Assembly (NCBI GenBank): GCA_900234795.1
Contig: LT962688.1
Location: 1,710,001-1,742,000, forward strand
Direction of reading: 5' to 3'
Length of the DNA: 32,000 nucleotides
Source of the DNA: Methylorubrum extorquens
GTDB lineage: Bacteria > Pseudomonadota > Alphaproteobacteria > Rhizobiales > Beijerinckiaceae
A program made the position numbers and the translations under genes. Below are positions 15,708 to 22,294 of this stretch, in pieces. The notes under the pieces were generated by a model. That model had not been told where the DNA came from. It saw only the letters and a program-made list of their open reading frames with translations, and ran no database searches. Each line of letters opens with the position of its first letter. The stretch's first letter is position 1.

Positions 15708-15973
15708 TGCTCGCATTGCCGGAAGGACTTGGCCCCCCACTGCGCTCCACCGTCCCGTCGCCCTGTGCCGACGTCGAACTCTGGCTGAAGGATGCACACG
15801 TCTACCTGGTCATCGGGCCGAGCACGCGCATCAGCCCGGTAGTTACCTACCCCGGTAACCGACCGCACGCCCGCTCCGAGAACACGATCGGGCCGCTGAC
15901 GACGTTCGCGCGGGAAGCACCGGAGGAGGTGGTGCGGGCGCCCTGCGTGGAGCGTGGAGCAAAGGAGAAGTGA
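15707..15973 (+). CDS. small ORF overlapping the MucR stop, paralogous to 18639..18902
   Basis: TGATG stop/start overlap at 15705-15709. The C-terminal 56 codons are conserved with copy 2, with mostly third-position differences. Confidence 0.4.
   Translation: MLALPEGLGPPLRSTVPSPCADVELWLKDAHVYLVIGPSTRISPVVTYPGNRPHARSENTIGPLTTFAREAPEEVVRAPCVERGAKEK
15773..15954 (+). repeat. repeat block, copy 1
   Basis: 15788-15955 aligns without gaps to 18723-18890, with about 31 mismatches in 168 nt. Confidence 0.85.
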
Positions 15974-16281
15974 TCAGACAGCGATGCAGGGTCCGCTTGC
16001 GATCCCTTGCGGACATTCGCCCCCCCTTCCGCCGAAGGTCCGGATGGGCTGGAAAGCGGAGATTGGCTCGCCGCCCGCAAGCGGAGGTTCCGCCTTGCGC
16101 CCATTTCGGCCATCCATTCGACTCGGCGGTTTCGCTGAAACGGACGTTCGCTGACGATCCGTTGTGCAGCGCCCGCATTCCGATCAGCTTGGCCCACCTG
16201 ATCAAGCAGTGCGTGGTGAAGCCGGAATAATGGAAGAGGTGTGCCAGTTCCGGCGGCCACGACGAGACCAAGGATAGGGCT

Positions 16282-16533
16282 ATGTCGTATCTGGACCTTG
16301 CGAGGTTATTTATTGCTTCGGCACTTGTCCTCGGCCTCGGAAGTGGAGCCCAGTCTGCTCTACTCAGCAATTCTCGGCTTGCGATTGAAGCGACTGGCGT
16401 AGCTGACGGGCTGGTCATCCAGACCCAGACCCTTGGAATGCAGCGTCGCAATGACCGGCGGATGGACCGCCACGTGAATAGGCAGGAAAGGAGGATGGAT
16501 CGGCACGACCGACGCATGGAGCGACGTTACTGA
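16282..16533 (+). CDS. small secreted protein with a C-terminal Arg-rich RRMDRH repeat
   Basis: AAGGA lies 7 nt upstream of the ATG. Signal-like N-terminus. Repeats RRMDRH, RRMDRH, RRMERR. Confidence 0.55.
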   Translation: MSYLDLARLFIASALVLGLGSGAQSALLSNSRLAIEATGVADGLVIQTQTLGMQRRNDRRMDRHVNRQERRMDRHDRRMERRY

Positions 16534-16545
16534 TACGATCCGTCG

Positions 16546-17154
16546 ATGCCTCAGCCTCCCTCTACATCTACCCCGATGACCGCACCTTCAAAGCCTTCCG
16601 ACCATGCTGACGGCTGGACGCACCGGATTGGGCGCAGGCTCCTCACAGAGGTCAAGCGGATCCTCGGCATCTTCACCTATCTCTGGGTCGTCTTCGGGCT
16701 TCTCATCCTGCACGAGCACATCGTGCTGTCGCGCCATGGCATAGAGTATGGGTTTTACGGGCTGGCTTTCATCAATGCCTGGATCTTGGCGAAGGTCATG
16801 CTCGTGGGCGAGAGCCTGGATATGCTCCCCATCTTCCAAGGACGACCGTTGATCTTTCCGATCCTTACGCGATCCTTCGTATTTGCAGCACTCCTGGTAT
16901 GTGCCTACGCCATCGAGAAGATGGCGTTTGGTCTCTGGCATGGGAAGACGTTGGCTGGGAGCGTGCCGGCCATCGGCGGTGGGGGTGCCCGTGGGGTCGC
17001 GTCGGTCGGCCTCATCATGGCCGTGGCTCTGATCCCCTATTTTGCGTTCCGGGAACTCGGCCGGGTGCTGGGGCGAGAACGCTTGCGAACCGTCCTGTTC
17101 CAGGACGGGGCAGCAATAACCCTCCCGGACCAAGAGACACCAAAGGTGCCCTGA
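16546..17154 (+). CDS. integral membrane protein (about 4 TM helices), unknown family
   Basis: Starts 12 nt after the upstream gene. Four hydrophobic helices. Confidence 0.6.
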   Translation: MPQPPSTSTPMTAPSKPSDHADGWTHRIGRRLLTEVKRILGIFTYLWVVFGLLILHEHIVLSRHGIEYGFYGLAFINAWILAKVMLVGESLDMLPIFQGRPLIFPILTRSFVFAALLVCAYAIEKMAFGLWHGKTLAGSVPAIGGGGARGVASVGLIMAVALIPYFAFRELGRVLGRERLRTVLFQDGAAITLPDQETPKVP

Positions 17155-17373
17155 TCGGTCGGCAGGCGAAAATTATCTTTCACAGGTAACGGGTGCTGGT
17201 CGGCCTACCGCTACCACTCGCCGACCGCTAGCGCGTCGCTGGAAGTCTGTTGTCGGGGGCTCAGAAGCAGCGGCGCAAACTGAGGAACGCGGCTAACCGC
17301 TGGAGGTGCCTTACCGCAATGATGTGGGGCTTGGCTGTTTCGATGGATGCTGAGGGTTCTGGGACCGAGGCAT

Positions 17374-18367
17374 TTAAGACGCTCGGTTCTCCAGCCGCCA
17401 CGCACTCGGCGTCATGCCCGACCAGCGCCGGAAGGCATGCGTGAAAGCGGCCGGCTCGGAGAAGTTCAGGGTGGCCGAGATCTCCGTCAGGCTCATGCAC
17501 GTCTCGGCCAACAGTTGCTTGGCCACCTGGAACTGTGCCTCGCTGGCAAGCTGCTTGAAGGTCGTGCCCTCGGCCCGCAAATGTCGGCTAAAGGTGCGGC
17601 GGTTGACCCGCCACATACGCGCCACGCGATCCGCCGTGCAGAGCTGCTGGGTCATTTGGATCCGGAGGTATCGACGCAGCTCCTCCGTCAAACTGGATGA
17701 CCGTTGGGCCTCAAGTCGGCGGATGCGGCCCTCTACCAGCCGGCGGACAGTCGGGTCTGCACCGGCGATGTGCTGCTCAAGATGGTCGGCCGAGAACACC
17801 AAGGCAGCCGCCTCTTGATCGAACCGGACGGGCGCACGGAAGAAGCGGCCATAGGGAGCGGTGTCGCGTGGCTTGGAGCGCGGCAGCAGAACCTCCTGCA
17901 GCACCCAATCAGCCCCACCTAGCGCCCGAAGGACGTTGGTCATGGTGGCGAGCGCTCGCTCCGAGTGGATGGCCGCGCACTCGGCTTCCGGACCATAGGG
18001 GGGCGTAGCTGAAAACGGCGACGCCGCTGTGGATGCCTAGCCCGACCACCGCGCCCCAGTTCTGCGTGCCTGAGTGCGCGACGAGCGCCCGCAAGGCGTC
18101 GCCGACGCTGTCCGAGTGGCGCATGAGCGCACCGAGACGTCCCAGCGATCCCAGGGTGCCGCGCTGGCCGACGAGGAGCCCAAGATAAGGGCAGTTCGTC
18201 CGCTCAGCCCCGAGGGTGATCAGGCGGGCGAGGTCGGCATAGGGGACGCGCTTGCCGCCGTCGAAGAGTCCGGGATCGAGACCCAACTCGGCAATGAGGC
18301 TCTCCGGATCTGCACCAAGTTCGATAAGGGTGGCGTAAACCGCCGGACCAACCCCAGGACGGCTCAA
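17374..18367 (-). pseudogene. AraC-family regulator, frameshifted
   Basis: ORFs 17909..18367 (N-terminal ligand-domain-like) and 17374..17943 (AraC HTH: TFSRHLRAEG...FSEPAAFTHAFRRWSGMTPSAWR) overlap in different frames. Removing one base of the G6 run at 17998-18003 joins them as ...SYAPYGPEAECAAIHSERALATMTNVLRAL. Confidence 0.8.
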
Positions 18368-18638
18368 GGCAGCAGGGAGCGGCCTCCCGTTCGCGCTGGG
18401 GCTGTCTTCCCACCGGCCGGACTGAGGGTCCGGGCGGTCCTGCTATGACAGAAGAGCACATGGCCACCCCTGTTCCGACGCCAATCGGCGCAAGCGGCGC
18501 AGTTAAGCCGGATCACGTCAAAAAGACTTGATTGAACGGGACACCGCCTCGACGCAGGCGGGGTAGAAGTCGCCTCATGAATTTCTATCGGCACAGGTCT
18601 GCTGTCAGCGGGGGGAGCAGCTCGTTGCGGCATCTTGA

Positions 18639-18902
18639 GTGAATGCCTGCTACCCACCCTCAACGGACGTCGCGGATGGGGCGAAGGTCGGATTCGAACC
18701 GCTGGCAAGCGGGAAGTCGGCCAAGGACGCCCGCGCCTACCTCTACATCGGGCCGAGCACGCGCATCAGTCCGGTGGTTACCGATCCGGGTAACCGGCCG
18801 CACGCTCGATCCGAGATCACCATTGGACCGCTGATGACGTTCGTGCGGGAGACGCCAGAGGCGGTGGTGCGAGTCCCGTGCGTGGAGCGGGACTCGTCGT
18901 AG
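18639..18902 (+). CDS. small ORF paralogous to 15707..15973
   Basis: GTG start. Shares the conserved C-terminal block IGPSTRISPVVT.PGNRPHARSE.TIGPL.TF.RE.PE.VVR.PCVER. Confidence 0.35.
   Translation: MNACYPPSTDVADGAKVGFEPLASGKSAKDARAYLYIGPSTRISPVVTDPGNRPHARSEITIGPLMTFVRETPEAVVRVPCVERDSS
18677..18705 (-). other. tRNA 3'-end-like fragment (T-arm plus acceptor strand)
   Basis: TGGGGCGAAGGTCGGATTCGAACCGCTGG resembles the plus-strand image of the tRNA-Ser 3' end (TGGCGGAAGGGGTGGGATTCGAACCCACGG). No matching 5' half is present. Confidence 0.3.
18688..18896 (+). repeat. repeat block, copy 2, ending in a 9-bp hairpin
   Basis: Aligns with 15773-15954. Hairpin CGAGTCCCG-TGCGTGGAG-CGGGACTCG at 18870-18896. 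Confidence 0.85.
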
Positions 18903-18921
18903 CGTACCTCACCAGCGCACT

Positions 18922-19155
18922 TCACTCCTGCTGGCCTTGCTCCGATCTGGTCTGGCTCAGCGCGATCAGTGCGCCGAACGCGCCAACCGCCGATCCAAGA
19001 ACGCCTGCCAGCGCGACGGCAACGGGAGGGATTGGCGCAAGCTGCTGTGGCCACAGCAGCCAAAGAGCGCCAAGGGCGAAGAGCCCACAGCATACGCCGC
19101 TCAGCAGTGCGATGACGACGCGACGTTTGACGAGAGGTTTGCTCATCCGTCGCAT
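18922..19155 (-). CDS. small two-helix membrane protein
   Basis: Two hydrophobic helices. Coding-like codon usage. No clear SD. Confidence 0.45.
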   Translation of the reverse strand: MRRMSKPLVKRRVVIALLSGVCCGLFALGALWLLWPQQLAPIPPVAVALAGVLGSAVGAFGALIALSQTRSEQGQQE

Positions 19156-19297
19156 CTAGGGCGCGCTGCGATTTAATCGCGTTCTGACCGCCATCGTCGT
19201 CACCTGGCCGGACATCGGTCCCGCGATCTAGCGCAGGCGACCCTGCATCGGGGGCTGGTGGCGGACAGGAGCGCTTCCGTTCGGAGGGAACCCCTGG

Positions 19298-19454
19298 GTG
19301 ATGGGGTGTGCGCCCTGCGTGGAGCGCGGGGCACACCCGCCGGACGGAACGGCGCGACCAGCCGTCTACCTCATGCCCGCCCCCCCCAGCGGGCACTTCC
19401 ATCTCGATACCCGACTTGCCCCGCCCGGCTCAGCCGCGGCGGGGTTTTTCGTTT
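19298..19454 (+). ncRNA. candidate small RNA: three stem-loops ending in an intrinsic terminator
   Basis: SL1 at 19304-19338. SL2 at 19375-19394 (GCCCGC/GCGGGC stem, loop CCCCCCCA). SL3 at 19419-19444 followed by TTTTTCGTTT. The 5' end is unknown. Confidence 0.3.
19419..19454 (+). terminator. rho-independent terminator
   Basis: CCCCGCC...GGCGGGG stem with inner CGG/CCG pairs, followed by TTTTTCGTTT. Confidence 0.6.
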
Positions 19455-19466
19455 CAAACCCCGTGT

Positions 19467-19501
19467 GCCGCCGCGAGCATCCGCTTCCGCACCTCGGCCA
19501 T
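19467..19501. repeat. direct repeat R1 (3' fragment of the small gene family)
   Basis: The 25-bp core GCATCCGCTTCCGCACCTCGGCCAT (19477-19501) is identical to 20752-20776. The full 35 nt matches 21443-21477 at 34/35. Confidence 0.85.
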
Positions 19502-19694
19502 CCAGGCGGCGAGCAGATTGAGCCCAGGAAATGCCTACTGATAGGTAAATTTCGCGCATTGTATGCGCTTCCACGTCTTCATATGGAAACGTCTGCACAT
19601 TTGCGGGTACAGGCCGCAGGTTGATCATTGGCTTACCGTTGAATGGGCCACCGCCTGCCCGCCAACGGCATTGTCACGACTGGTTGGGGCTACT

Positions 19695-20693
19695 GTGAAA
19701 TCGCTGACAATCACCGAAGTGCCTCGGAGTTTGGATTGGCAGGAAGCTATTCGCCGGACCGAGTGTGCCAATGTTTACGCATCCGAAAAGTGGGGAGAAT
19801 ACAAAAGGCGCCTCGGTTGGTTGGTGAAGCGCGTCATTATAAGCGACCAATCGGGGCGAGAGCTTGGATTGGTTCAATATCAAATACGCAAGCGCGGCCC
19901 ATCTCGCTTTATTTTGGCGCAGGGCTGCCCAATTTTAACTGACAAAGGGGCTTTTCAGGCGAAAGAGGTCTTCGAAGCCTTTGTTGCGCACTTGAATCTG
20001 GGACGTCTCGATCTGCTTGGCATTAGATATCATCAATTCGAGACGGGTGAAGCAAAGCTCGCCCTCCTGGCTCATGGATTTCGCCCAGTGATCTCGGCCA
20101 AGGATCACACGCTTGAGGTCAATCTTTTACAGACCATGGAATCGATCCGGTCGGCTTTGGATGGGCGCTGGCGCAACGCACTCGTAAAAGCGGAGCGCAA
20201 TAACAATATAGTGATAAATTTCTCCCAAAGTCCTTCAGATAGATCTCAGGCATTCGACGTGTTTTCCAAGATGTATACTTCTCTCAAAGAGAGAAAGGGG
20301 TTCCAGAATAGCCTCAACACCCAGATATACGGCGACCTGGCAGCGCACGACACTTGCCTCGAATTTCAAGAGGTTCGTGAAAATGGAGAGCCGATCCTTG
20401 TCCGTATAGCTCATAAGTCGCGTCACCGCTGGACTGATTTTTTTGTCGCCTCTAACGAACGTGCTCGAGAGTTGGAGGTGCCAAGGCTTGCGCTGTGGCG
20501 CGCTCTTGAGAAGGCCAAACAGGAGGGGGCTTCGATTTACGATCTTGGCGGTATCGATCCCGCGAACAACCGAGGTGTCTACGTGTTCAAGGCGGGTGTG
20601 ACGCGAAGTGTTGCTCAGGCAACTCCGTTGTGGCTTTACAGCCGGTCTTCTATAGTCCGCGATGCCGCCGCCTCAATCCTTAGCCGTCGCTGA
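19695..20693 (+). CDS. FemAB-family (aminoacyl-tRNA-dependent peptidyltransferase-like / Acetyltransf_6) protein
   Basis: C-terminal motif ALWRALEKAKQEGASIYDLGGIDPANNRGVYVFKAGV is typical of FemAB-like enzymes. Clearly AT-richer than its flanks. Longest ORF starts at 19563; GTG at 19695 fits the family N-terminus better. Confidence 0.7.
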   Translation: MKSLTITEVPRSLDWQEAIRRTECANVYASEKWGEYKRRLGWLVKRVIISDQSGRELGLVQYQIRKRGPSRFILAQGCPILTDKGAFQAKEVFEAFVAHLNLGRLDLLGIRYHQFETGEAKLALLAHGFRPVISAKDHTLEVNLLQTMESIRSALDGRWRNALVKAERNNNIVINFSQSPSDRSQAFDVFSKMYTSLKERKGFQNSLNTQIYGDLAAHDTCLEFQEVRENGEPILVRIAHKSRHRWTDFFVASNERARELEVPRLALWRALEKAKQEGASIYDLGGIDPANNRGVYVFKAGVTRSVAQATPLWLYSRSSIVRDAAASILSRR

Positions 20694-20751
20694 CGGCGCT
20701 CTTGCATGTAGCGGTCATAGGACACGCTCGCGCGACCGAGCCACGGTGCAC

Positions 20752-20776
20752 GCATCCGCTTCCGCACCTCGGCCAT
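20752..20776. repeat. direct repeat R2
   Basis: Identical 25-mer to 19477-19501. Confidence 0.85.
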
Positions 20777-20877
20777 GCGTTCGTCTCGGTTGGTCTCGCA
20801 TGGCGGCGTAATCCGAGCTGTGGGGATCTCCGTCCTCTCGACGTTCGCCGGGGCCGGACACTCGCTGCTCGTCTGGC

Positions 20878-21285
20878 TCAGGCGCCCCGATCCTGCTCCA
20901 TGCGAGCGGCGCTGCGAACAAGGGCCAGAACCTCGCGACGTAGCTGGTCATCCTCAATTGTGATGAAGGCGTTCAGCAGGTCGATGGCGCCCGGGGCACG
21001 CAAAAAATCGAACACCTCTGTCTTTTCCAGCGCGGCGGTGCCGCCCCCATCGTCAAAAAAGACGGAGACCGGCGCTCCAAGTACCCCAGCGATGTCGCTC
21101 AGGCGACCGGCGCCGACGCGGTTCGTGCCGTTCTCATATTTCTGGATCTGCTGGAACGTCACGCCGATCGCGATGCCGAGCGCAGTTTGTGAGATGCCCC
21201 TGGACTTGCGCAGCGCCTGAATGCGCAGGCCGACCATAGCGTCGTGCTTGGTTGCCTGCTTCGGCGATCCACTATGGTCGTCCAT
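20878..21285 (-). CDS. XRE-family helix-turn-helix regulator
   Basis: HTH_3 motif LRIQALRKSRGISQTALGIAIGVTFQQIQKYENGTNRV. ATG at 21285; longest ORF extends to 21360. Confidence 0.8.
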   Translation of the reverse strand: MDDHSGSPKQATKHDAMVGLRIQALRKSRGISQTALGIAIGVTFQQIQKYENGTNRVGAGRLSDIAGVLGAPVSVFFDDGGGTAALEKTEVFDFLRAPGAIDLLNAFITIEDDQLRREVLALVRSAARMEQDRGA

Positions 21286-21435
21286 GGGTTCGGGCCCTTG
21301 ATGCCAGAGCGGCACAGCAGGATTGTCGACGTAGCAGTCTGCACGTGGGGCAACTCTCACGGAAGAGATTTCATTGCGACCATCAGTGATGCCTCATCCC
21401 TCGAGCCTGCCGGTCATGTTCAGCCATGGCCTATG

Positions 21436-21624
21436 TCAACTCGCCGCCGCGAGCATCCGCCTCCGCACCTCGGCCATGCGGGTGTCATCGCTGGCGCCTG
21501 TCACCATGGCCTCACGCCCGACGGCCTCGTAGATCTCTCGCACGGTCGCCTCGTCCAGGCCGAGGCCCTGCGCGAACCGGAGCAGGCCGCGCAGCTCGGC
21601 GGCGGTTTGGTCGTCGTTGGTCAT
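21436..21624 (-). CDS. hypothetical 62-aa acidic protein (module A, gene 2)
   Basis: ATGA overlap with the upstream gene. The C-terminus is the source of repeats R1-R3. Confidence 0.55.
   Translation of the reverse strand: MTNDDQTAAELRGLLRFAQGLGLDEATVREIYEAVGREAMVTGASDDTRMAEVRRRMLAAAS
21443..21477. repeat. direct repeat R3 (inside the intact small gene)
   Basis: One mismatch to R1 and to R2. Encodes MAEVRRRMLAAA on the minus strand. Confidence 0.85.
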
Positions 21625-21842
21625 TGCTGGTCCTGGCCTCCTGCCGCGAACCGCAGGGCCAGAAACGCAGCGCCGTCCTCTTGATCGTGATGCCGCCCCA
21701 CGAGTTGGCCATCGGCATCCTCAAGAACCCAGAGGCCCGGGTGCTCGGCATCCTCGGACACGTGGCCCGCCACGTCCTCGCCAACCTTTACGATGAACTC
21801 GCCGTTGGCGCTCTCTTCGATGGTGTAGTCCAAGGGGAACAT
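21621..21842 (-). CDS. hypothetical 73-aa acidic protein (module A, gene 1)
   Basis: GGAAGG lies 4 nt upstream of the ATG at 21842. Paralogue of 22465..22659. Confidence 0.55.
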   Translation of the reverse strand: MFPLDYTIEESANGEFIVKVGEDVAGHVSEDAEHPGLWVLEDADGQLVGRHHDQEDGAAFLALRFAAGGQDQQ

Positions 21843-22294
21843 CAAGCCTTCCGCGCCCGAACGACGAACTCCCAGATCGGCATGCCAACTGGGGTGCCTG
21901 GAACGCCGCGATAGCCGATCAGGTTGCAGAATGAGATCCGGTCCGCCTCGACGCCGATCGCCTCGCATCTGCTGACCCTACCAAGCCCATCCGGTACCCG
22001 ACGCGCGGGGTTTTTCGTTTTTGGGCTACCGCACCGCGATCTCGCGCTCGCCGACGACGATCTTCGCCGGCTCAGTCGGGTGACGCTCGGTGATGCGCTT
22101 GATCCCGTAGGGCCTCAGCTTGTCCCAAGCCGCATCGCTTCCCGTCATGAGCGCGCGGGCCAGAAGGTCGGCCAGATCCTTGCCACTGGTGCTGATGCCA
22201 CGGCCCCGCAGATGTCGGGGTGCTCGTACTCGATTGAGGCAATCCGAAATGCGGATTTATGCAAGTCGGCGCACAGGCTATCGTTTTAGGCACG

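Noticed and set aside
15788-15955. Reading the conserved repeat block as a structured RNA, or as a tmRNA or tRNA-linked gene on the minus strand.
   Set aside because: The candidate helix I could draw (CATCAG/CTGATG plus GCAC/GTGC) pairs in copy 2. In copy 1 it has two uncompensated mismatches. The differences instead follow a 3-nt period, which points to coding. I kept only the terminal hairpin as a structural candidate.
15960-16280. Possible transposase or IS remnant (plus-frame ...FGHPFDSAVSLKRTFADDPLCSARIPISLAHLIKQCVVKPE).
   Set aside because: I cannot match it to any IS-family C-terminus from memory. There are no inverted repeats and no extended ORF. Left unannotated.
15843-16517. The 224-aa and 137-aa minus-strand ORFs (15843..16517 and 15847..16260), and the 219-aa ORF 18743..19402(-).
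   Set aside because: No SD and no recognisable motifs, and the composition looks like an artefact. They run antisense through the repeat blocks and through better-supported plus-strand genes (16282..16533). Only their last ~35-50 codons are conserved between copies, which the repeat block itself explains.
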